Source: Octopus bimaculoides
Lineage: Eukaryota
Assembly (NCBI RefSeq): GCF_001194135.2
Contig: NC_068986.1
Coordinates: forward strand, 7,373,051 to 7,437,050
Direction: 5' to 3'
DNA length: 64,000 nt
Below the pieces are notes generated by a model. It saw only the letters and a program-made list of their open reading frames with translations. It did not search any database and was not told where the DNA came from. Numbering within the stretch: the first letter of the stretch is position 1; each line of letters starts with the position of its first letter. The position numbers and the translations under genes are program-made. Below are positions 24,909-38,335 of the stretch, piece by piece.

Positions 24909-27089
24909 CTCTATTACCACAGGCTCGACCGTAAGCCTGTTGGAGAGCGACCGATATCTTGACAGTTTGCTTTTCTCAGCCTGAAGAGCAGCGAAGCCTG
25001 GGCTGGTAGCTGATCACACTAAGTTCCCACTAGAGAAGGTGTCACAGCATGTGGTATCCCAGATGAGGGGGCCTATTGCCATGGAAGGGGAAATTGTCAT
25101 ATCGTCAATTCTTTAACCGTCTCTCCGGTCTAGCCCCGCTGGCTCGAGCTGGGTGGATGGTGGGAAGCCTGCGGCGCCTAAGCCATGTTTTATGTTTTAA
25201 ATATCTTGATTTGCGCTAATGGTAGTCCAAACGGTTTTTAACCTATTATTTACAGCTTCGCGTTTCACAATTTTCGAAAAGTATTATTTACCATTTTCTC
25301 GAAGTTTTTAAACTCTTATGGCGTCAACAAAAGCACTATTTCTATTGTTAAATATTGAAATTCAAGTTATGCTTGCACATACGCTTTAAAGTGATGATAA
25401 CTTATATAAAAGTTACTTTCTGATATAGTTTGAATTTGCTTTTGTGTGAATAATTGTTTATAACATTTGCTAGTTATGACAATTTTATACCTATCACTCG
25501 TATTGTCATTGACATATTTCTTAAAGCGTGACACATATAAAACCGAATTCATTTTCAGCAAAGCAGCAATAGATTGTTATTACTGACTAATGTAATATAG
25601 TCATGTAGTATAGTGCATCATAAAAAAAAGACAATAACGTACATAACATTGGCACAGGAGAATGCACTCGGTAATCTCATTGTTCCCTTATTTCTCGTCT
25701 TATTCAGCAGTTAAAGTAAATTTGTTTCCCTTTCACAACTCCTACTTCTCCTCTGATGTTTCATTGACTGTTCTGCCATTTCAATCAGTTTCTAGAGGTT
25801 TATGATTTTCGAGCAGAAAAATAATAATAGTGAAAGTGAACACTGAAACATTTCAGCATTTTCCCACAAAATTATAGATTCGTTTGATCGATTAATGATT
25901 TTTCAAGTTGTATGATTAAAGAAAATGTTGTATGATTAAAGAAAATGTTAACCAAACCTAGTTTTCATAAATATCGTTTTAAATGTTTGTTAAATCCTAA
26001 TGGGAATATGCAATATAGAAATGGGAACAATTTATGATCTAAATGTTAACTGCAACGATGAAATGATTTGAAGAAGATTGTCTACGACAAATATTGGAGA
26101 CAGTTGTCTTATAAAAACTTCCGTTTTTGTCTATAAGGAAATGCAATTATAAAACTGACGTGAATATTTTCTCGATCTTGTTATATAATTTTAGTAGCTT
26201 ATATAAACGAAACATAATTATACTTGGCGCATCAATATGAAACGTATGTATATACATGTATATAGCATAAATAAATGAAATAAAATTATCTATAAATTTA
26301 TCTCGTGAATTATATCTGCAATTGGTGCCTAAAGCCAAAATAACATTTATGCATTTTAAATTCTATTCCTGTCTACCTGTGGATATCCATCAATCTATTT
26401 AGTAAACTATACATCTCAAACATTTGCGTTCTCATAAGCTCTATACATATTTAGTCTATACAACATATAAGATGGCATCGCTTTCTCTAAGGCAACTAAA
26501 TTCAGGGAAAATTTATTTTAATTCACATTAATCTTATATGACATATTTCTTTCTCTTGAACCATTTTATTTATGTTTCTTCAAAATATAGTTTTGAAATA
26601 AATATATTTTCCAGACAGAATTACTGTGTACGTTTTCTATAAGTAGATCATTCAAAACAGTCAGCTGCTTTAAAATTGGTAATGAGGGAAAAAAGTTTTA
26701 GCTAAGTTACTTTTCAGTTAAACCGATACAAAAGCTAGCAGTTCATTAACTTTTCTGCGATATTTTTAAGGAACATTTATTGGTTATTGTAAAACGTTAT
26801 GAATAAATGATTTAGTAAGCATTATTGAATAAACTAGAACAGCAATTCTGATATCAAGGGGGTCTCAAGGGTGAAATATACTTTTTTTCCAAGGCAATCG
26901 AATTAAAATGCGCGTCGCACACTAGGCTGTACAGTAGCTTAATTCCCTCATATATTACTATAGATACATGCATACACACACTCACTCATACATACATTCA
27001 CACATGCAATCATTCATATTATTGATTTATACATTCATATATACCTACATTCATAGACATCTGTAATGGCACCGTCATTTAAAATATTT

Positions 27090-27364
27090 GTCTATAGAAG
27101 AAGTCCATTCCATAGATCTTAAAACTTACAAGACCTTGAACATTAGCTGAAAGCTTTTACGGGAAGAAGTGATATCGATACAGAAGCTTATGAATGTCAT
27201 TTAACAAGACTAAGTTGCCTCATTAGATTATATCCGGAAAATTTTCTTTAGTAGTGTTTCCAAACATTTTGAGTCCTGTCGATAACATGGCTAAAAATCC
27301 AATTATAAATCAGACGATTATCGTACTGATGACGGCTGTTGAGCTAGAAATACGTGTCCACATC
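27090..27364 (+). mobile_element. Highly decayed PLE 3' end with a hammerhead-like motif
   Basis: Across frameshifts NIS*KLL..C.L..I.LYP..SCR resembles a GIY-YIG C-terminus. It is followed by CTGATGA(27326)-C-GGCT-gttg-AGCT-A-GAAA-T-ACGT-GTC. Confidence 0.5.
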
Positions 27365-27714
27365 CGTCATCATATCTCCATACAATAATCCTATCATTTT
27401 TATTAAAGGCATTCATCGTTGAAGAATTCTTAACACTTCAGATTATCTCCCCTCCTCCGGGAGAGATGATTTTAGTTGCCATTTGGTAATTATAATACAT
27501 TCTCTGGAGGCGATGATAAATTTAATAAGTCATGAATTTATGTTGTATTTGATATACCTGTATTTTTATATGATGTTCAAATACGTACCATTGGTCCCTT
27601 GAGTCATTTCACTTAGCTAGCGTTTGTTTCTGCCAATAAAAAACTAATTCGTTGAAATAGTCAGTTTGAAGCTTTCATTTTACATTATTCTGCTTAAGTT
27701 GAATTGCCAAATAT

Positions 27715-30700
27715 TCATGACTAGAATGAAAAATGCGGAAGCAGAATCCATGAATATTCTTAAGTATTGAATCTGGGAAAGTACAGAACAAACAGGAACT
27801 AAGCCCAGAAAAGTACAGGGCAAGAAGAAAAATAACTTAGAATATTTACTGCTGATGTTATAATTTAAAAATTAGTATAGTTATAAACGCATTTTTATAT
27901 TTTTTATTCTTACTTAAAAGTTTAAATCAAAATACTCAAGATTTCCAAATTTTGGTGAAAAAACTAATTGCCTGAAAGTTTACACATTAAAAATTTAATA
28001 TTAAAATTTATATATTTAACCCTTGGTCTACCAGGGGAAAATGTATGCCACTAATTACCAACTGAGTCTAATGGACCCAATATTTTTCTTTTAATTAAAT
28101 TTTATTGAAACTATTACTATTTCTTGGCTACATTATATATGCCATCAGATGAATGAAGAATTATTGTTTCTCATAAATTTTAATAAAAAAATTACAGCTT
28201 ACAGAATATATAATAAATATTAAAAATTTACAAAAAATACAGCTCTTCATGGCAGTGAATGCAGACAACATTGGAATGTTCTTGGCAAACATGGATATTA
28301 CAATTCTTACATGTAGTACGAGTTTTCCTGGTCTATTTTGGGGCTACACAAAGAACATCTTCCGTTTTGCTTTGGCTGAGGAATCTCAAATGAGGTCGAA
28401 GATCGTCTTCTTGTTTGGTTGAGAAATGTTAGCGGAACTAGAAGATTGTTTGTCATGTTCTTGTTTAGCATTAACCCCAGCAAGCTCCTTTCATAACTGA
28501 ATTAGGCACCGTCTTCTTTTATCCTTGAAACTTTGCAAGTGAAGCTGTTTAGCAACAACGAAAACATTCACTGCACTTATAATCATAGGCCATCTCCGAG
28601 TCATTCTTTTGCAAGTGTATGTCCTTACCATCTTATCTAGGGTATCTAATCCTCCTTTTGTTTTGTTGTAACATGTAATAACTTCAGGTTTATTTTCAGC
28701 ACTTTTCGAATCAATTGGGAGCTGAGAGTGCATTGCTGGAATTAATATTAAACAAATGTGACGACATAATTTTTCTGAGGACAACAAGATAGGATCATAG
28801 AATCCTTTTGAAATCCAAATATTGTGCTGTTGATTTCTCTTTCTTTTCCATTTGCGAAAGCACTTGGAAGTTCAACTCTGTTCTTTCTAATTGTTCCAAC
28901 TAAAGTAGCTTTCTTGCTAAGTAGCTTTTGAGCCAATCCTAGACTTTAAAAAAAATTATCGCAAGTTATATTGCGACTAGTATCACTGTTGCATATTGCC
29001 CAAATTTTAATTCGGTATTTCCCCAGTTTTGAAGGAATATATACACGGAATGGGCAGCGCCCTCTGAATGAAACTAATTGTTCATCAACTGTCATGCATA
29101 AGCATGAAGCATATCCATCTTGCAAATTCTGATTCCACATTTCAAAAACTTCTCTTATGAGCTCCAATTTATCATCATTTCTCTTTTTTCTTCTTGCACT
29201 AGCATCATCAAAACGCAATACTTGTAAAATTTGTTGAAATCTTCCCCGGCTCATAATTTTGTTGAACATTGGGCGGCCATCTTCTTGACTCCAAAACTGT
29301 ATGACATTTTCATGTTTAGATTTATAAACACCTATAAAAATAATCAGTTCAATAAATTTCTTAAGTTCAGAGTGATCAATTTCCTTCCATTTATCTTTGT
29401 AAGCAACGTGACCTTCAACATTTGTCCATTTACGAATTAATTCAAGAAGATGTTGGCGCATAAAGATAGTAAAACATGTTTCAATGTTATCGCAAGAACT
29501 TCTAGCAAAACGGGATGGCCTACATTCTTGGCACACAATATTGCAAGATGAAGTTCTTACTGCTGCTTGAGTAAGAGGATTAGACTGTCAAACTTCTTGT
29601 CTGTCTCTAGAAACATATTGCTCATTCATAATTGGGTGGCTAGGAGATAATTGTTTTTGAGTATCTTCGTCATCTGATGACACAGAACCTAAACTGTCCA
29701 GCACACAATCACTTTCACCATCACCTTCAGAGCAATAGAAGGAATCACTACTATCTTCTTCCCATTCCTCATCTAATTCCAATAACCTTTCGATATTTAG
29801 TCTTCACTCAAGTTTTCACGTCGAGGCATATTGGAAAACACAACTGAACTATATGAAACTTGATAGCTGACTAAAGGCAGATATTGCTCTCTCACATATT
29901 TATACTCTCCTGAAAGATGATGTAAGAATTGCGTCATCACATAGAAATTTTGCATCACCCTATAACCTAGCAGATTGAAGGTGATGCAATACCACACAAA
30001 TATACAGGAATGTTTTCACAATTCTTTCCTATTTGATCAAAAACTCAGCAAATAAATTGAATACAATTTTATCCATTTTATATCTGAAAAATATGTAGGA
30101 AAATAATATTTGATACTGCTTTCATTCTGTTTAGAATGACAAGAATTGTCTGAATTTAATTCGACGGTCCAATGGACCCATACGGTATTTAATGTATAAA
30201 TTGAAATGTTTTAGCTTACGGAAAATTTCCCATTTGACAAATAAAAGAGAGTCAAGAAAAAATAAGAGTCACCAGAAATCAACAGAATCAAATAATATAA
30301 TTAGGGAGATGTACTTGCATAGCAAGTGACCTGATCTGAAATCGTGTGCTGGAACGAAATCAATTGCAGCGTAGAAGGTGTTTATAAGCCATTTGTTTTT
30401 CAAATAATATAAACAGTAGGAAAAAGCAACTGAAAAAACTGAAATGTGTCCATTGGAGCCATTGGTAGACTGAAGATTAAAAAATCATATAATAGCAATT
30501 TAAGCAAAATTGACAATTATAACCTCTAAGTAATTAAAAAACAACAACAAGAGAGTATTTTCTAGATTTTGCACTCAATTTGTTCATTAGTTTTCATTTT
30601 CTAAAATATCTTTCTAAGTGTAAATAGAATATATTTTATTTCGTTTTTAGATTTGGTTTGCAATATCCATTATGTGAGTTCGTGTGTTGAAGCATATACT

Positions 30701-31305
30701 ATTTTGAGAGTCAAAACTACTGAAAATATTGCAAGACGCAACGAAAAGTTTAGAAAAATAAAGAAGGAAATAAGTGGAAATTTTACTGGTGAGTGTGTTA
30801 AATTATAAGGCACTAAAAGAGAATAACTCTCCCCAGACACAAAACAATATATTTTATTTCATAATACAAACTTTAAACAAATTAATTCTTTTATTTCTTT
30901 AAAATTTTAAAACTATATTTTATTATTTTGCATTACATATATTCTACATGAGTTTAACACAATATCTGTGATTTAAGATGTTTGTATAATGAGTTTTGTT
31001 AAGAAAAAAGAACGTCAAAAAGTAAGTCAGAAATGTTTTAACTTAATAGAAAGAAAGTTTTGAATCAAGAATATTAACTTAGATGTAAAAAACAAATTGC
31101 AGTAAAAAACCCCAAAATACAAAGAACACAACAGTGCACACAGTATTTCATGTTCAATTTCAGAAATTTATTTAGCAAATTCTGACATCAGCAGTAGTAT
31201 TCTAAGTGCTTTTCTTGTATTTTACCAGGTTTAATTACTGCTTGTTCTGTACTTTCAAAACTTGAAAATATTCTAGCATTCTGTGCCCGCATTTTTCATT
31301 CTTGT
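27715..31305. mobile_element. AT-rich non-autonomous long-TIR element (~1.1 kb net), host of the piggyBac insertion
   Basis: The region from about 27720 (AGAATGAAAAATGCGG..CAGAAT..GAATATT..AAAGTACAGAACAA..CTTAGAATA..TGCTGATGT) recurs inverted at about 31180-31302. The interior is colinear with 41660-42420. Confidence 0.7.
28020..30476 (-). mobile_element. piggyBac transposon (degenerate transposase, both ends, TTAA TSD)
   Basis: TTAA 28016-19 then CCCTTGGTCTACC; GGTAGACTGAAGA then TTAA 30477-80 (9/13 TIR match). Transposase motifs MTVDEQLVSFRGRCPFRVYIPSK.GKY.IKIW, NITCDNFF, LVGTIRKNR, YNKTKGGLDTLDKM. Frameshifts and an internal deletion are present. Confidence 0.93.
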
Positions 31306-31948
31306 CCACTTTTTTCCAAGCAACGCTTTTATTATTATAATTATTATATTTACGTTTAAAACTGAAAAAAACTGATACCATTGTAAATATTTTCTAAATA
31401 CAGGTTTTGTTCAAACTTAGAAATTTTGCTTGCACATAAAAATAGCGAAGGAGCATATCTGTTAGAAGTAAATATATTTTTAAGTAATTTATTTTATAAA
31501 ACAATGTTACATTCTAATAAAATAATTAATAATTAGTATTTTTCATGAGTGAATTTCTTTATTTTGATATGTTTTTAATAAGTATATGATTTAATACATA
31601 AACGAAATAATGAAAATTAATATGAAATCGCAAAAAAATCATAACTATTTTTATGTTAAATATTTTTAAATGGATCCCCCCGCCCCAATATTCCTCTGAA
31701 TGAACTCTTTCATTTGAGTTGAAGTAGCATTATGTTTAACAAAAATATCTTGGCTTCTCAAAATTATCACCTTTTTATCGTCACTGAAAGTCAACAACAG
31801 TTTTCGCAGCTAATAATTTTTGATAAGGTTTTCATCATACCCTCAGTAATCAAGATTTTCACAATACCTCTTAAAAAACGGAAAAGGAAAAGGATAATAC
31901 AACACAGGATCAAACCCATACCTATCAAACACCAGTTAAGCGGGTTGT

Positions 31949-32331
31949 TGTTGTTGGCACTCCGTCGCTTACGACGTCGAGGGTTCCAGCTGATCCGATC
32001 AACGGAACAGCCTGCTCGTGAAATTAACGTGCAAGTGGCTGAGCACTCTACAGACACGTGTACCCTTAATGTAGTTCTCGGGGATATTCAGCGTGACATA
32101 GTGTGACAAGGCTGGCCCTTCGAAATACAGGTACAACAGAAACAGGAAGAAAGAGTGAGAGAAAGTTGTGGTGAAAGAGTACAGCAGGGTTCACCACCAT
32201 CCCCTGCCGGAGCCTCGTGGAGCTTTAGGTGTTTTCGCTCAATAAACACACACAACGCCCGGTCTGGGAATCGAAACCGCGATCCTATGACAGCGAGTCC
32301 GCTGCCCTAACCACTGCGCCATTGCGCCTCC
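31949..32331 (-). mobile_element. tRNA-derived SINE family C, full length with 12-bp TSD
   Basis: TSD TAAGCGGGTTGT at 31937-48 and 32332-43. Head GGAGGCGCAATGGCGCAGTGGTTAGG..GGTTTCGATTCCC; (CAA)n tail. Confidence 0.93.
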
Positions 32332-33158
32332 TAAGCGGGTTGTACTATTAAGCTAAATGACATATGACATCGTGTGCCGTCTTTTTTATAAAGTTAAGTA
32401 TCTTCACTTGACAAAAATATTTTAATTTATTGAAATGATCACCTTATATTTGTCACTTAAAGCCACATCACATTTTGTGTACCAAATATTTTATGACGAG
32501 GTTTTCACCATAAGATTCATCTCGTAGAGCTGTTTCATTTGAACATAACTGTTGTATAGTTTTCTTCAATATCAACTGAGATATTTCAATTCAAAGTCGA
32601 TTTTGGGGGTTACTTACTATATTTTTTGTCATTTAAATCCACACGACTTTTTTCTTTAGCTTATACTTTTTAAGGAGGTTTTCACCAAAAGGTTCTTTTC
32701 AATGAACACATTCTTTTAAGCGCAATTAATCTATACTTTTCTGATAAAATAATAGATATTTTGATTCAAATTAAATTTTTCGCCTTGGTCTCTCAATTTT
32801 GACCTAACCTTTTTAATGAATCAATTTTCAATTATCTGATCTCAAAGTCTAGCTGAAGATTGGTCCACGATTGCAAAAAAAAAAAAAAAAACGAATTCAA
32901 TTTGGTTGAGGACTGAATTAGTGATGAAGCATAGAAGTGCGCGCGAGTGACTAAAAGTTCACCGAATGATAGTAGAGACTGCCAGAGTTCTCTTTCCACC
33001 AGTATATTATTCCGGAATGCTATAAGGTCGAGCAACATTTTTATGAATAGTATTTTATTCCCCAGAAAACTTGTCTTTCACTAAGTGTCTAAGTGGCAAT
33101 TTCAAAACATTACTCTGTTGTTGGGATTGGAACTGTATTGTGATCTGAACATCAGGTA

Positions 33159-33390
33159 TCTTTGATCTTTTACTTCTTGAAGTCATTAGACTGCGGCCAT
33201 GCTGGGGCACCGTCTTCAAGGATTTTAGACGAACGAATCGTCCTCAGTACCTTTTTAATTAAAGCCTGATACTTATTCCAGCGGTATCTTTTGCTGAACC
33301 ACTAAGTTACAGGGACGTAAACACACCAATGCCGGTTGTCAAACGGTGATGAGGAACAAACCCAAAGACATACACACACACACACACACA
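33159..33390 (-). mobile_element. SINE family A, 5'-truncated
   Basis: CTGCGGCCATGCTGGGGCACCG..GAACCACTAAGTTACAGGGACGTAAACACACC..GTTGTCAA..(CA)n. Confidence 0.85.
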
Positions 33391-33589
33391 CACCAGGGTT
33401 TTTCTCAATTTTCTTGAGAATCAGAGGCCCGAAGGCAGTGCCAAAATATTTGTCAGGAATGTCGCAACATTACGGTCCTTTTGATACCAAAGTTATAAAA
33501 ATCAGAGGTTACTGTAAAAACTTTTCTCGCGTGCAACTCTTGCCTTTTGTTGCAAGCCGAATTCAGGCCGAATTCCAAAAGTGACAGGA

Positions 33590-33716
33590 ACGCTGGGACC
33601 GGTGTAGTGCTGCGCAAGGTGACTATTTCAAAGGAGATGATGTTAAAACTTAGGTAAATAATAATTTTTTTTTATTAAACGTAACTAGTCCGGGAACTTT
33701 TTGATACCACCTCGTA
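33590..33716 (+). mobile_element. Mariner 3' end
   Basis: AQGDYFKGDD-like C-terminus, then GGAACTTTTTGATACCACCTCG-TA, a TIR related to that of the 42669 MITE. Confidence 0.75.
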
Positions 33717-36700
33717 TGAGAGTAAAAAGTCATGTCCATAAAGTTATGTCAACGAAGCCGTGGTAAGCTTAATGAGCTTACCACGGTTGAGAAGTGGAGA
33801 CAAGCAACTTATTACATTTAGCCGATGCAGGAAAATAAAGCATTGTCTGGTTACGACCATCCAGTCTAGCCTTTATGACTGGCAAGATTCATGTTTATTT
33901 GAATATCTTTGAATCGATGTTTACAAGAAAACTGTTGGTTTGAGAGGATGTCAAATATTCGGTGTCTAGGTTGCACGTGGACGTGACCTACTTCCAAGAG
34001 TGTGTTGTTACAAAAGATAACGAGTTAGTAATGGACATAGAAGTGTGGGAGACGTTACCAGACACTTGATGGTTCCTCAAATAAACACAGGAACAAGGGT
34101 AAGTTTTGGTTTTGTTACCCGATGTATTAAAAGAAAACATAATAATTGCAGCAGAATCATCAACAACAAGTCCCTGAATATACTGCTGTTCTTCATGCGC
34201 AACAAGTCGAAGCTCCAGAATTCGCAAAGGAGGAAGGCAACCCGTCGTTCTCAGTGATGAAGCTGATCCGCAGGCTGGGAAACCGATTTCCTTGTCATGG
34301 GTAGATGTGATGAGGAGAGGGAGGAAGAGGGGAGGAAGAGGAAGAGATAGGTTCTCACTGTTCCATAAGAATTTCGTATATCGATCGTTTCAACCGACCA
34401 CTGCCTCATTGAAACTACCTCCTCCCACTCCTTTGCCTTCAAGTCAGCTGACAGGTCAGGATTCTGTAATTTTTATGTCAATTATTCTTGGTAGGACTTC
34501 TCTTCTGACGCAACATAAACAGTTAGGAGGTTGGGAGTGAAATTATCTTGTCAAATACAGTAAAACATTAATGTTTAAATCCCCCACCAAGTAGTTCAGT
34601 TATAGAATCGTTGCAAAAGCTCACCCCACCACTCACAAAACTGGGCGAATTTTTCCAGCCCCAGAACTCTCGAAAAACCACTATTTAAACAGTAAAGACC
34701 ACCATTCGTGTATCGCACATCTCTCAAGCTATTCAGTCTCCCAAACTGTCACCGTTCTTCCTGTTTGTTTTCTTTCCAAAAAGATCTACCCCAGCTTTGT
34801 ACCATCCAGTTGTCACCTAATCACCCTACACCAAAGTTGCATAGATTCTATGAACAGAGGTTTCAAAAATCATCTTTCAATCTTGCCCTCTTCAACAACT
34901 AAAAATCTACGACTACTACTGTGCGATAATGTTTTCTTTATGTGAAAACATAATCACTTATCACTCACTTTTTTAAACAGTAGCGACTTGCAACTAGATC
35001 TCGCCCCGATCTTTCCAAAATGTAGACCTAATAACCAGCAGGGACCTCTTCTGGTTAATACATATCTTTAGCTTAGCTAGGGCAGCACCTGAAAGTCTGA
35101 CCCTTCCGTTGAGGACAAGAAAATCACCGACGTTCTGCAAAGCAGAATTGTTGCTCACAATGGAATATTCCTCTCACATCTTATACAGTGTTGCCCTACA
35201 CACACACGCGCGCGCACGGGCACTTAAGACCATATTCAAAGAAAGCTCACGTGACTCATTAATGTACCAACATTCACAGATACACTTGAGTTTCTGCTTA
35301 TCATGAATGCTTTCTCTTCTCTTTTTGTTATCTTGTTGCTCTGATCCTAGGCACTGGCTGATCTCATGTCACATCAGCCACTCTCGAGGACACTTATCTC
35401 TCCTTGGTCTGGTACTAAATTCAACATTCAGTCCTTCCTACCCACCATGCTATCCCACTGGGGCTCCCTACCTGTTCACGTCATTTCTGCTGGTGTCATC
35501 CTGTAATAATTGAAGTTTAACATTCATGGCATCAGTCTTACTGGTCTCAGAGTGTCTGTGCGTGCGATAAGTACTATGTCTTTTTAATGAAAGGATTTGA
35601 AACCTTCATACTGTGTATGAACTGTTCATTTGAGCTTGTATGCAGTAATAAGCACTATATTTCTATATTTTCAGCTTTTCTTCGTTATGAAAATTAAAAT
35701 GAAATAAATACGTGTAAAGGCGCCGCAATCCAGCTTGCTGAGAGCGCCATTAATCCTCTGGTCGCTTCTGAGTATATTTCATACAAATATTTCAAACTTT
35801 ATGATTCACTTCGTGTTTCTTACTTTGTGCTAACAATTCTTTAGTCTCACATAAAATAAAAAGTCAATATTAACTGAATAATGTTCTTCTTAACGTATTC
35901 TAACGGAAATATCATCGGGTTTTTCAGACTAGAATATCTCGACTGTTCTCTTTCTTAACTGTCAGTATTATTTTAGAAACGCATATTATCATGCCAAACA
36001 AAAGTTAATGTAGTCTCTAACATGTCTTCAAGAAAATGCTTTGTGTCGGTATTAATAGATCCTTGATTGTCTATTGTTGGTCTGAACAAAAGAATAACTT
36101 TCTTCCATGAATTGCAATATTATTTCAACTCTTCCAGCGTAACGGTTAATGTTGATGGTAAGAGCAGTTTTTAGCTATTCAGGCGCCAAGTATCTTATTG
36201 TAGTAATTCCAACAGTAAAGTAGTTAGTCACAAAATGTACTGACAACACGCAACAATTTAAATTTAAAGCTAAATGGAAGTGAAATTCTGTAATGTTGTA
36301 TTGATTCCTTCCTTGAACACAAAACTAAATCTTTTTTAAAGAGATGTCTCTAGAATAGAACTAATATTTTATGTATCTGTATTATCAGCCTGACCTAATG
36401 ATAATGAGCACCAAGCCAGAAAATAACGTAATATTACACCAAACGTTAAAATAGATAATAATTATATTCAGATTCTAGAAATAATTATCATTATTAACGC
36501 AATAAGCGATTTTTAATTAACGAACTTAAGGTTAGTTAAAATATGTTTGTGAGACATATTTTAATTTCTAAAGGCAAATTCACTGCAGGTACCATGGAGA
36601 AAAAATTCTCTTTTATAGTTAAAGGTATAAAACAACCATTACATATGTTCTAACGGATTCGCAGACGTGCGTTTACAAAAGAAAGAAGTTCACTGATGTT

Positions 36701-38335
36701 GATTGTTTTTAGATAAAGCTACGACTTTGCATCTACCCAGGGTTGTCTCACTCCGGTATTTCCCATTGGTGAGCGCTAATGAGCGTCTGGGAATCCGCTT
36801 GAAGGAAGCACTGGGCAGATATGAAGTTTTTACCCCTTTTGCCATAAGAAAGAATCTTTTCTCCACGGTAACTGCAGTGAATTCGCCTTTAGAAATTTAA
36901 ATATGTCACAAACATATTTTAAATAATCTAAAGTTCGCTTATTCCTTATCACTAATTGGCGTTGATGCCGCTACTTTTAGTTACTTACAAATTTAGGGTT
37001 AATTAAATTAAAAATTGGAAATTCTTATTTCAAGTTGGAATGGAAGAGAATCGAACTAAGTGTCTCGCAATGTTTGTGCAGCACTTTACGATCTTATTTT
37101 ATATCTTGTTGAGGTCAACCTTCTGCAGTGAAGTAATGAATACGATTTAGTGGAGTAACACCACTAAGCTGTGCATATGTCAGAAACCATTATTTATTAG
37201 GTCATAGTTTATAGGTAATTAAAAATTTACAACCGTTATTTGAATTTACAATAAAATGTCAGAATAGCTAGAGCGGCGAACACAGTATCTTTCAGTATTT
37301 AGTTGTGTCCTTTTTAGTTCTTCCAAAGTCGACTTTCTCTTTGAGACATGTAAGCTTGGTAAAATAAAGGCAGCCCTTCCCCAAATGTTTGACCTTGGAC
37401 TTAATTACAAATCTTAAAGTAAATGGGGGGCTTACTTGGCAGAATTACCGTACGCTGGACAAAATAACTTGCAGAATTTAGTTCTGTCACTTCATGAATA
37501 TTCCAAATTTCCAACAGCGTCGAGTTCTCTTGATGCCATTCTAAATCCAATAAATTCATTTCAATTTCCATTGTCAGTAAAAGTAACTCTGCACATCTCC
37601 TAAACCGTTCTATTTAATATCTATGTTAGAAATCAGAACTCATCAAATAAAAGTATGCTCTTCCCAAAATATGTCCAGCACATACTCTTACAGTATCAAC
37701 GTTCATACTCGACTTTCTGAATTAAAATCCTTCCAGAATCGACTTTATTTTTCACACTTACTGTCTTAAAACAAATACCCCACACGTTATAATGGCAAGA
37801 TTTAATTGCTGGGAATTCGAAATCATATGAGCAATGAGTATTAGCTATTTGGAAGTTTAACAATGAGAGTAGATTTAGCTGCCGCCTTAGAGACTAAAAA
37901 CAGATTAGCCTTTATCTATTGTATTAGTTTCCTCTTTCTAGGTAATTTATCAGAGATATGGCGTTCATTAAACGACCAACACTAATGTAATTCTAATGTC
38001 TTGATGGAAGATAATATACTACGGTAACCATACGGGTATAATGTCTAATCGTAGTAAAATATATCAAACATGTGTCATATACGACTCAAATTTAAGCAGG
38101 TAATTATTATGTAGATGCTGATACAAACTTAAAATTAATGCAAGATATAAACATATGGTTAAGGAGGTCATTTCTTCGCAAGTTTTGCCAAGTAAGACCC
38201 CTATTTACTTTCAGATTTGTAATTGACATTCAAGGTCAAACATTTGGGGGAAAGGCGGCCTTTATTTAACCAAGCTTAGATGGCTCAAAGAGAAAGCTAA
38301 CTTTGGAAGAAGTGAATACGAAAAGACGAGAAGGA

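Noticed and set aside
223-32331. tRNA genes
   Set aside because: All A/B-box matches are SINE heads continuing into SINE bodies, with no complete cloverleaf.
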